A program made the position numbers and the translations under genes. Source: Candidatus Hermodarchaeota archaeon (lineage in GTDB: Archaea; Asgardarchaeota; Hermodarchaeia; Hermodarchaeales; Hermodarchaeaceae). From it: a stretch of 34,036 bases of DNA. Below are positions 18,482 through 26,103 of the stretch, piece by piece (the first letter of the stretch is position 1; each line of letters begins with the position of its first letter). The DNA lies in assembly GCA_016840065.1 (NCBI GenBank), contig JAEOTB010000093.1, positions 1 to 34,036 on the forward strand, in the 5' to 3' direction. The notes beneath the pieces were generated by a model that ran no database searches, was not told where the DNA came from, and saw only the letters and a program-made list of their open reading frames with translations.

Positions 18482-19135
18482 ATGCCATTCTATGATTTCC
18501 ACGTCCGTCTAATGAAACCGACGATTACTGCTTCTTTGAGTAGATTCTGTACCATCGCCCAGAAGCTAGGATATTCAGGCTTGGCTGTTGAAACAACAAC
18601 AAAATTTCCAGAAAAACTATGTGAAGGCTACCTGTTATTCCGACGGCTAACTCTTTCACTTCCAAATGCTTCTCGGTTGAAATTTCACGCGAAAAAGAAC
18701 CGGAATAAAACCGATCTTCTCGTAATCCAAGGTAACACGAAACCCATTTGTCTGGCAGCGTCATCCGTATCTGATGTTGATATGGTTATGTTTCGTGACA
18801 TCAAAGACTTTGGAGTGGTAGATTCTCTGGTCGCTAGGTCTCTCGCCAATGAAGATATGCCAGTCGAGGTTTGCCTAAAGGGACTCATTCAGTCCTACGG
18901 GCCAGATCGGTCCCGGTTAATGCGGTCAATGGCTACCGCTATGGAGCACTTTGTAAGGGCTAAATGTGTTATCATTACTACAAGTGGTGCCACCGCTCCC
19001 CTTGAACTTCGGGCACCAAGAGATCTCATCGCTCTCACTTTCCTTGCCAATATTCCTGAAGATGTTGCCAAACAGAGTATGTTTGACAATGCTTGCGCGT
19101 TGGCAGAGGTGATTAAACGTCGCGTTACATCATGA
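18482..19135 (+). CDS. rnp3: Ribonuclease P protein Rpp30
   Basis: FYDFHV, LGYSG, TSGAxxPLELRAPRDL; synteny. Confidence 0.9.
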   Translation: MPFYDFHVRLMKPTITASLSRFCTIAQKLGYSGLAVETTTKFPEKLCEGYLLFRRLTLSLPNASRLKFHAKKNRNKTDLLVIQGNTKPICLAASSVSDVDMVMFRDIKDFGVVDSLVARSLANEDMPVEVCLKGLIQSYGPDRSRLMRSMATAMEHFVRAKCVIITTSGATAPLELRAPRDLIALTFLANIPEDVAKQSMFDNACALAEVIKRRVTS

Positions 19136-19167
19136 CAAGCAGAAACCAAACGTAGGAGAAATCAAGA

Positions 19168-19488
19168 CTGAGATCTAAACATCGATATCTCGTGGTTCGG
19201 ATAATCACTGAAGACAACTCTCCACCAGAAGGGAAGTTTCGAGAGGCAATCTGGCAGCAACTCCAACAAATCTACGGTGAATTAGGTGTCAGTCGTATTG
19301 GTTTTTGGGTTATGAGTTATCATCCCGAACATCATTTCTCTATAATTCGTTGTCAACACAACCAGGTTCGTGAATTGCGAGCAGCCTTAGCAACTATCAA
19401 ACAAATCGGTCATACTCCTCTTCTCCTGCAGGTGGTAGGGATTAGCGGCACTATTCGGAAAGCGAAAACTCTACTGCCAAACAAGTGA
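19168..19488 (+). CDS. rnp2: Ribonuclease P protein Pop5/Rpp14; probable CUG start at 19168
   Basis: In-frame LRSKHRYLVV upstream of the ORF-track start, IYGELG, IIRC, GISGTIRKAK. Confidence 0.9.
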   Translation: MRSKHRYLVVRIITEDNSPPEGKFREAIWQQLQQIYGELGVSRIGFWVMSYHPEHHFSIIRCQHNQVRELRAALATIKQIGHTPLLLQVVGISGTIRKAKTLLPNK

Positions 19489-19624
19489 AATGACCTTAAC
19501 CTTGATCATTGGCAAACACCGATTCTATGTTCAGCAACGAAGTACCACAATGAAAACATCTGCTACTATCATTGCGAGAACCATGCCAAAAGAGATATAG
19601 TCAATGATTTGACCTATATTATCT

Positions 19625-19699
19625 GGGGGCTCAGTGAAGCCAGCCGCTCCAGACTGAGCCAATCGGCTATGACGAGCTCGCGACGAGCAGAGAGCCCTC
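19625..19699 (+). ncRNA. Putative box C/D-type sRNA with two K-turns
   Basis: Terminal stem GGGGGCUC/GAGCCCUC; C box GUGAAGC (19634-40); 13-nt guide; D' CUGA (19654-57); GCC-AAUC-GGC hairpin; C' AUGACGA (19669-75); 12-nt guide; D CAGA (19688-91); followed by T5. Confidence 0.7.
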
Positions 19700-19700
19700 G

Positions 19701-19707
19701 CTTTTTC
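19701..19707 (+). terminator. Oligo-T tract immediately after the putative sRNA
   Basis: CTTTTTC directly after the terminal stem; oligo-T tracts are typical archaeal intrinsic terminators. Confidence 0.4.
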
Positions 19708-19714
19708 GATATTG

Positions 19715-20149
19715 TTAGCCACGAATACGTATTGTCACTTCATGAAGCTGCTCTTTTATTAGCTGATATGCTCTCATACTATGTCTTCCATCTCGTGAAA
19801 CCCCATCGATAATCCATGTGCAAGGATTATACGTCATAAACTCTATATCATGTCCCGAGGGGTGAGGTGGTGCTGGATGAGAATGAAATATCGCAACTAG
19901 GTCTAGATTATTCAACGAGGCGGTCGTCAAGATACGATATTGGTGTTCGGGATCAATGGCAAATGATGAAGAAGATTGGGCTATGTTCTCCATTTCTACG
20001 ACTTGGATAACAATGGCTGTGTTATCATCTTCTCTAAATGTACCCAACAATAAAGCGCAACCTTCGAAAGGACCAGCACGGCGCCGAACGGCGTAGAGCT
20101 TTTGTCGTTGGGCCCTTGTGAGTTGGATTGTATGTACTTTCTGTGTCAT
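19715..20149 (-). CDS. JAMM/MPN+ (Mov34/JAB) metallo-isopeptidase
   Basis: EGCALLLG...FHSHPAPPHPSGHD matches the E-xn-HSH-x7-S-x2-D JAMM motif. Confidence 0.92.
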   Translation of the reverse strand: MTQKVHTIQLTRAQRQKLYAVRRRAGPFEGCALLLGTFREDDNTAIVIQVVEMENIAQSSSSFAIDPEHQYRILTTASLNNLDLVAIFHSHPAPPHPSGHDIEFMTYNPCTWIIDGVSRDGRHSMRAYQLIKEQLHEVTIRIRG

Positions 20150-20223
20150 CGAGTGCAGCCCAGCAAAAGGCTTAAATGCTTCTCACCTTTTGAGTTTTCG
20201 CATCCCCGCTTGAGCAGTGATCA

Positions 20224-20616
20224 ATGAGGCAAAAATGTATGTCTCAAAAAACTCGTGAACGGAAACATATGCGGCGCACGATGATAATTAGCAGCGCTGC
20301 CATCGCATTTATCGCGATATTAGCTGGACTAATTCGATTACGACTCGGTCCCATAGCTGGGATAGTTGATTTCCTAGGACCAGTAATAACTGGTGTAATT
20401 AGTATTGTGTTACTGACACTTCTGTTTATTGGTTTGGTCTTGCTCATTGGCAACTTACGGAATTTGTATGGAGAATCAGCTGGCTGGTTTGACGTAATCA
20501 TCCTTTGGGTGTTAGTCACAATATTAGCGGCAATACTATTCGGCGCTCCAGTTGCACTTCTAACTGGTCTTCTATGTATTGGCTTCGTATACTATCTTCA
20601 CCTTGCTCAGGACTAG
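20224..20616 (+). CDS. Hypothetical integral membrane protein (about 4 TM segments; start may be 20239/20269)
   Basis: Basic N-terminus followed by about four hydrophobic stretches; AAAAGGCTTAAATG TATA-like element at 20165-20178. Confidence 0.75.
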   Translation: MRQKCMSQKTRERKHMRRTMIISSAAIAFIAILAGLIRLRLGPIAGIVDFLGPVITGVISIVLLTLLFIGLVLLIGNLRNLYGESAGWFDVIILWVLVTILAAILFGAPVALLTGLLCIGFVYYLHLAQD

Positions 20617-20730
20617 TTCAGAGCAAGACTTAAAACTGGTACTCCTAAACGGCACATCAGCTAGCAAGTTGAATACCCTAAAACATGAGGACAATAATCC
20701 TCCTCCCCATTATGATTGGAGGAACCGTTT

Positions 20731-21438
20731 GTGATTGGCTCTGGTCCGAGTTATGATAGCGCTTTAACCTTATTTAGCCCTGATGGACGTCTCTTTCAGG
20801 TTGAATATGCACTGGAAGCAGTTCGGAAAGGCACAACCGTTGTTGGAATAAGGTGTAAGGATGGGGTAGTCCTCGCTACAGAAATTCGCCTCGTTCCACT
20901 TCAGGAGCGAGCATTAAATGAAAAACTCTTCGAGATTGATGAATCTGTTGGTGCACTGGTATCTGGCTTATCAGCGGATTCCCGGAACTTAATGGCTCAT
21001 GCAAGAACACTTGCCCAAATTCACCGCTTGACATTTGGTGAGGCAATTCCAGTGCAGACATTGACAAAGAAGTTCAGTGATTACATACAAACCTTTACCC
21101 AGAGAGGTGGTTTACGACCTTTTGGGGTTCAGGTGTTGTTTGCAGGGGTTGACAATGCACCGAGACTTTTTGTCACAGATCCTATCGGCTCATTCTGGAG
21201 TTACAAAGCTTATTCACTAGGACGGAAAGCGGATCAAGTTATCGAGATTCTAGAAAAGGAGTATCATCCAAATCTGACGGTGAAAGATGGGCTGATCCTG
21301 TCAGCGAAGGTTTTGATTCAGACTGCGGATTCTACATTAACTCCTGAACGTCTAGACATGGCAAAAATTACTGAAAAACGAAAACGTTTCACCCGTTTGG
21401 ACAGGAAAGCAGTCCTGAAGTTAATAGATCAAAGTTAG
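20731..21438 (+). CDS. psmA: Proteasome alpha subunit
   Basis: YDSALTLFSPDGRLFQVEYA, GLSADSR, TQRGGLRPFGV, TDPIG; GGAGG SD before GTG 20731. Confidence 0.95.
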   Translation: MIGSGPSYDSALTLFSPDGRLFQVEYALEAVRKGTTVVGIRCKDGVVLATEIRLVPLQERALNEKLFEIDESVGALVSGLSADSRNLMAHARTLAQIHRLTFGEAIPVQTLTKKFSDYIQTFTQRGGLRPFGVQVLFAGVDNAPRLFVTDPIGSFWSYKAYSLGRKADQVIEILEKEYHPNLTVKDGLILSAKVLIQTADSTLTPERLDMAKITEKRKRFTRLDRKAVLKLIDQS

Positions 21439-21448
21439 AAGAAGGAGT

Positions 21449-22201
21449 GTGGTATGTGTGTCAGGGTCTGGTGGTATGCGTGGTGATAAACGTGTTGATC
21501 TTGGTGATGCGGCTCTCGCCAAATTGGAAATACATGGCATGCAGTTCGAAATAATCGTTGACCCGAAGTTGGCATGGCGTTTTAAACAAGGGGAAGCTGT
21601 AGACATACGAGACATACTTCAGGGGGAAACTATCTTTGAAGATGCTCTCAGGGGGCGTAAGGCAACAAAGGATGATCTTGAGCATGTTTTCGAAAGTACT
21701 GATGAAATTGCGATAGCACGACGAATTCTCATTGATGGCTCTTTGCAGTTAACTACTGAACAGCGAAGGGAGTTTGTTGAAAAACGTCTCCGGCAAGTAA
21801 TCGATATTATTACTCGTAATTGTATCAATCCAAAGACAGGTCTTCCGCATCCACCCGCGCGTATTGAGGCTGCCATAGATGAGGCTAAAATTACTGTTGA
21901 TTCCCGTCGTTCTGCTGAAGAACAGGTTAGTGACATTGTAAAGGCTCTTCAACCAATCATCCCAATTCGAATGGAGCTTCAAAGGGTGGCCATTAAAGTT
22001 CCACCAGATTTTGCAGCCAAGTCAGTTGGAGTTGTTAAGCGATTTGGCAGAATAACAAAGGAAGAATGGCAGCGGGATGGTTCGTGGATTGCGATAATTG
22101 AAGTACCTGGCGGATTACGTGGCCAGCTAATTGATGAGCTTAATGCGCTTACAAGGGGTCGCTCCGAGATAAAGATACTCAAACAGGAAGAAAGTGAATG
22201 A
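21449..22201 (+). CDS. Ribosome maturation factor SBDS/Sdo1 (start may be 21476)
   Basis: FEIIVDP, LQLTTEQRR, NPKTGLPHPPARIE, EEWQRDGSW. Confidence 0.96.
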   Translation: MVCVSGSGGMRGDKRVDLGDAALAKLEIHGMQFEIIVDPKLAWRFKQGEAVDIRDILQGETIFEDALRGRKATKDDLEHVFESTDEIAIARRILIDGSLQLTTEQRREFVEKRLRQVIDIITRNCINPKTGLPHPPARIEAAIDEAKITVDSRRSAEEQVSDIVKALQPIIPIRMELQRVAIKVPPDFAAKSVGVVKRFGRITKEEWQRDGSWIAIIEVPGGLRGQLIDELNALTRGRSEIKILKQEESE

Positions 22202-22214
22202 GGAATGAATATCA

Positions 22215-22913
22215 TTGACAACACATGTTAAGCCACAAGATCTTGTGGTTCCAGGACAACTACTCGCTAAGGGCGATTACCATTGTGGTGATGGCACCTA
22301 TAAAGAACATGAAGAAGTCTTCGCCTCAGTTGTAGGCATTGCTAAAGTGAAAGGCAACCTCATCTTCGTTGTTGCACTTCAAGGGCGATACAATCCTAAA
22401 CCACGGGACATCGTGATTGGCAAAATTATTGAAATCACCATGAATGGGTGGTTAGTCGACATCAGTTCAGCCTATCCTGCAATGCTGACTGTTATGCACG
22501 CTCTGAGTAGACGAGACGCCACTCGAGCTTCCGATGACCTCCAACGGTGGTATGATGTTGGCGATACCGTGATTGCTGAAATCGTTGCAGCAGATAGAAC
22601 GCGTGATCCACTACTGACCACACGAGGTCGAGGTCTTGGTAAATGCCGCGGTGGCACAATCATTGAGATAACTCCTACACGAGTTCCTCGTTTAATCGGT
22701 CGTAAGGGTTCGATGATTAGTATGCTCAAGTCAGAGGTAAAATGCGACATAGTTGTAGGTCAAAATGGAGTCATATGGATAAAAGGCGATCCTAATCATG
22801 TTGTTATTGCGATTGAGGCAATTCGGCAGATAGAGCGGGAGGCTCATACTAGCGGGCTCACAGACCGTGTCCGGGAAGTCATCATTATGAAGCTCGCTGA
22901 TAAAAGAAGGTGA
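22215..22913 (+). CDS. rrp4: Exosome RNA-binding subunit Rrp4
   Basis: VVPGQ, YNPKPRDIVIG, VPRLIGRKGSMI (KH), GQNGVIWI, EAHTSGLTDRV. Confidence 0.96.
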   Translation: MTTHVKPQDLVVPGQLLAKGDYHCGDGTYKEHEEVFASVVGIAKVKGNLIFVVALQGRYNPKPRDIVIGKIIEITMNGWLVDISSAYPAMLTVMHALSRRDATRASDDLQRWYDVGDTVIAEIVAADRTRDPLLTTRGRGLGKCRGGTIIEITPTRVPRLIGRKGSMISMLKSEVKCDIVVGQNGVIWIKGDPNHVVIAIEAIRQIEREAHTSGLTDRVREVIIMKLADKRR

Positions 22914-22919
22914 AAGGAA

Positions 22920-23726
22920 TTGAACGAGACTGATTCGGTAGAAAAGGAAAAATTATTTGATGATAAAGGCTTACGCCTTGACGGGCGGCAAGTTGATGAA
23001 CTCCGTCCCTTAAAATTAGAGGTTGGTAGTCTAAGTCGAGCAGATGGCTCAGCATACATTGAACATGGGAGAAACAAAATTCTAGCAGCTGTTTATGGTC
23101 CACGTGAACTCCATCCCCGACACCGGGCTATTGCTGATCGTGCGCTGCTTCGTGTAACTTATCGTATGGGAACATTTTCTGTAGGAGAACGGAAGAGGCC
23201 TGCCCCAAGTCGTCGAGAACACGAAATCTCGATGGTAATACGGCAGGCATTAGAGCCAATGTTATTTTTGGAAATGTATCCTCGAGCTGCCATTGATGTG
23301 TTCATTCAAGTATTAGAGGCTGATGGAGGCTCACGATGTGCAAGCACAACAGTGGCTTCTGTTGCTCTCGCTAATGCGGGTATTCCTATGCGAGGAATAG
23401 TAACAGGCTGTGCGGTAGGTAAGGCTGGTGGTAAACTCCTGGTTGATTTGAGCGACCTTGAAGACAAGGTTGGTGAAGCCGATGTACCAATCGCAATGGC
23501 TTACGGGCGCAGCAAATACACACTTCTCCAGATGGATGGAAAACTCTCAAAGGAGGAACTAGCAAAGGTGCTGGAAATGGCTGAAGGCGCATGCGAGGTA
23601 ATATATGAAAAGCAGCAGAAAGTACTCCGAGAGGGTTTCTTACAAATTCGAGAGGAGATTAGCGAGTCAGAAGAACCAGATGTTGATGATATTGAAGCTG
23701 ATACGGAGTCCTCTGATAGCGATTGA
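22920..23726 (+). CDS. rrp41: Exosome catalytic subunit Rrp41
   Basis: RLDGRxxDELRP, ADGSAY, VYGPRE, PSRREHEIS, EADGGSR, DLEDK, LLQMDG. Confidence 0.97.
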   Translation: MNETDSVEKEKLFDDKGLRLDGRQVDELRPLKLEVGSLSRADGSAYIEHGRNKILAAVYGPRELHPRHRAIADRALLRVTYRMGTFSVGERKRPAPSRREHEISMVIRQALEPMLFLEMYPRAAIDVFIQVLEADGGSRCASTTVASVALANAGIPMRGIVTGCAVGKAGGKLLVDLSDLEDKVGEADVPIAMAYGRSKYTLLQMDGKLSKEELAKVLEMAEGACEVIYEKQQKVLREGFLQIREEISESEEPDVDDIEADTESSDSD

Positions 23727-23735
23727 GGGAGAATA

Positions 23736-24536
23736 ATGAAAACGGATATCATTTCTGAAATCGAACGAGAACGAATGAATGAATTGCTTCAAGCAGGAAA
23801 GCGGATAGATGGTAGAGGTTTTGACGACCTCCGTCCAATCAAGATTGTACCTAATATCGTTTCAAAGGCGGAGGGCTCTGCTGAAGCTTGGTTAGGTGAT
23901 ACACGAGTAATTGCTGGGATGAAAGTTAGCATAGGACAACCATTTCCTGATACTCCTGATGAGGGTGTTGTCATTACATCTGCTGAACTATCACCTATCG
24001 GTTCACCTACTTTTGAACTAGGTCCACCTGGTGAGCAGGCAATCGAGTTAGCTCGTGTAGTGGATCGGGGAATACGCCATTCCAGCTGCATACAACGAAC
24101 CAATCTATGTATTGCAAAGGGTTCTCATGTCTATCTCCTCTTTGTTGACCTCTACATCCTAGCGGATCATGGTAATCTAATTGACGCCTGTTCACTTGCA
24201 GCTGTTTCAGCATTGCTGACTTCAAAAATACCAAAAGTCGAAATCGACGAAGAGGGAAATGCTAGTGTATTAGAGGAGTTCAAACCACTTGAAATGGCGG
24301 CTCCGCCATTTACTGTGACATTTGCAAAAATCAATGACAGTGTTGTTGTCGATCCTCTGGCAATTGAAGAGGCTATAATGTCATCACGTCTCACCATTAC
24401 GATTGACGGGGATGACACTATATCCTCCATGCAGAAAGGTGGTTCAGGACCGCTTACTCGTCAAGAAATCCTAGACTGTGTAGAACGAGCGTGCCAAATA
24501 GTTAAAAAGGCTAGGGGCACGCTCCCTACACGATGA
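23736..24536 (+). CDS. rrp42: Exosome subunit Rrp42
   Basis: RIDGR, KAEGSA, PFPDTPDEG, FELGPP, ELARVVDRGIR, GNLIDA, MQKGG. Confidence 0.97.
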   Translation: MKTDIISEIERERMNELLQAGKRIDGRGFDDLRPIKIVPNIVSKAEGSAEAWLGDTRVIAGMKVSIGQPFPDTPDEGVVITSAELSPIGSPTFELGPPGEQAIELARVVDRGIRHSSCIQRTNLCIAKGSHVYLLFVDLYILADHGNLIDACSLAAVSALLTSKIPKVEIDEEGNASVLEEFKPLEMAAPPFTVTFAKINDSVVVDPLAIEEAIMSSRLTITIDGDDTISSMQKGGSGPLTRQEILDCVERACQIVKKARGTLPTR

Positions 24537-24558
24537 AACTGTTTGAGACGTGATTTTA

Positions 24559-24825
24559 ATGGGACGCACTAAGAAAGCTGGACGAGCAGGGCGCTTCGGT
24601 GCACGTTATGGTTCAACGGTTCGCCGGCGAGTTGCGAAAATAGAAGAAGTTGAGAAGGCACTGCATAAATGTCCCAGCTGTCAAACAAAGGCAGTTCGCC
24701 GCGTTTCAACGGGGATTTGGAAATGCCGCAAATGTGACCATACTTTCACTGGTGGGGCCTACAGCCCAGCAACAGATGCACAGAAAATCTTGCGGTCCTT
24801 ACGTGAACGATCTGTGAGACGTTGA
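24559..24825 (+). CDS. rpl37ae: 50S ribosomal protein L37ae (eL43)
   Basis: GRFGARYG, CPSC...GIWKCRKC...FTGGAY. Confidence 0.97.
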   Translation: MGRTKKAGRAGRFGARYGSTVRRRVAKIEEVEKALHKCPSCQTKAVRRVSTGIWKCRKCDHTFTGGAYSPATDAQKILRSLRERSVRR

Positions 24826-25391
24826 ACGGCTTGATTGTTATCGGAACGACACGAAAGCCCTCTCAGCGGATTAGAAGCTTTGCGAAAGAACTTGTCAGAG
24901 TTATCCCCCGCGCAGCCCGATTGACTCGCGGGAAACAGAGTTTAATCGAGTTCTGCGAAGAAGCACGTTCCCAAGGTGCGTCACGTGTCATTCTGATTGG
25001 CGGATATCATGGTAATCCAGGTCGACTGATATTCCTCCAGTATTCACAGGATGAGTGGTTGTTCCAACCCCCCCTAATTTTCACCAAGTCTGTAATTTTA
25101 CTACGGCAGAAGAGACAGCAACCGATTCCAAAATCCAAGGTCCTCTATGTCGTTCAGGACACTGATAGAGATAAATTAAATGCAGAAATCATTGCCCGCG
25201 CCCTAGGAGTTACCTTTGTAGAACGTGAAGCATTGTCTACTGGTAAGCCGGGCGTCGCCCTCTTGTTAGTGGCGCTTCACCAGAGTTCAGTCCTTGAATT
25301 CCTTTCCCTCCAGGATAGCCAACCCGTAGGACCGACTCTGTATGTTCGAAACATATACAGAAAGCCGCGAGGAGATTGGAAACGATGGTAG
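24822..25391 (+). CDS. Brix-domain (Imp4-like) ribosome biogenesis protein
   Basis: TTRKPSQRIRSFAKEL, RGKQSL, HGNPG; synteny. Confidence 0.88.
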   Translation: MNGLIVIGTTRKPSQRIRSFAKELVRVIPRAARLTRGKQSLIEFCEEARSQGASRVILIGGYHGNPGRLIFLQYSQDEWLFQPPLIFTKSVILLRQKRQQPIPKSKVLYVVQDTDRDKLNAEIIARALGVTFVEREALSTGKPGVALLLVALHQSSVLEFLSLQDSQPVGPTLYVRNIYRKPRGDWKRW

Positions 25392-25702
25392 ACAAGAGCC
25401 CCAATCACTTGACGGAAAGAGGAGCACTCCCTTTCTGGCTAAAAATAAGCATCTCAAGCCACACGGAGGAAACAAATAAGGCGTTACTAGCAATGCTTCA
25501 GCCAGAGTTTGATGCGATAGATTCAAAAAGAGTTAGACTGCAGGTAACGCCTACCCGAAACCAGCTAGAATTCCACCTTGCCGCCAAAGATGTGAAGGCG
25601 TTACGTGCGGCCTCAACATCTCTACTACGCCTGTTTATGGTGGCGGAGGGTGTATTACACTTAACAATGATACAAACTAGTGGTGAGGAAAGCCATGAGT
25701 GA
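25385..25702 (+). CDS. pcc1: KEOPS subunit Pcc1
   Basis: LQPE, AKDVKALRAASTSLLRL; position before prefoldin beta. Confidence 0.88.
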   Translation: MVDKSPNHLTERGALPFWLKISISSHTEETNKALLAMLQPEFDAIDSKRVRLQVTPTRNQLEFHLAAKDVKALRAASTSLLRLFMVAEGVLHLTMIQTSGEESHE

Positions 25703-26063
25703 AGATATTCCGCCTCAAGTCCGTCAACAAGTTGAACGTATCCAACAAGTGCAAGAGCGTCTTCAATTCGTGCATGCTGCTTTGCACCAAATCAAACAAC
25801 AACTCGCCGAAATAAACATCGCACAGAAACAGCTTATAGCGCTCGCTGAAGACGCAGTCGTATACCAGATGGCAGGCTCCCTCCTTTTCAAGACTACCAA
25901 GGAGAAGGCTACAAAAACCTTAGAAGAACAGGCTGAAGCGCTTACGGTTCGTCAAAAATCACTTGAAAAACAGGAAAAAACACTCAGTAAACAATACGAG
26001 ACGCTTCAAGAAACTCTCCGTGGAATGCTAGGCGTTAGTGGAGGCCCCGCTCCTGCAGGGTAG
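25695..26063 (+). CDS. pfdB: Prefoldin beta subunit
   Basis: IPPQVRQ, coiled coils, VYQMAGSLL hairpin, LEKQE. Confidence 0.93.
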   Translation: MSEDIPPQVRQQVERIQQVQERLQFVHAALHQIKQQLAEINIAQKQLIALAEDAVVYQMAGSLLFKTTKEKATKTLEEQAEALTVRQKSLEKQEKTLSKQYETLQETLRGMLGVSGGPAPAG

Positions 26064-26103
26064 ATTATTATGAAAAACGGAGCTTCCATTCACAGTTTCA
26101 TTG

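Noticed and set aside
19625-19700. tRNA or tRNA-Sec reading (76 nt; the minus strand has a D-arm-like GCTC-AGTCTG-GAGC and CTTCA)
   Set aside because: No anticodon stem closure, no TTCRA T-loop and no correct cloverleaf spacing on either strand
19531-19722. 63-aa minus-strand ORF with hydrophobic C-terminus overlapping the JAMM stop (tail-anchored/Sec61beta-like?)
   Set aside because: No Sec61beta AGL..F motif and no C-terminal GG. It lies antisense to the well-formed K-turn RNA, which better explains the sequence. Not fully excluded.
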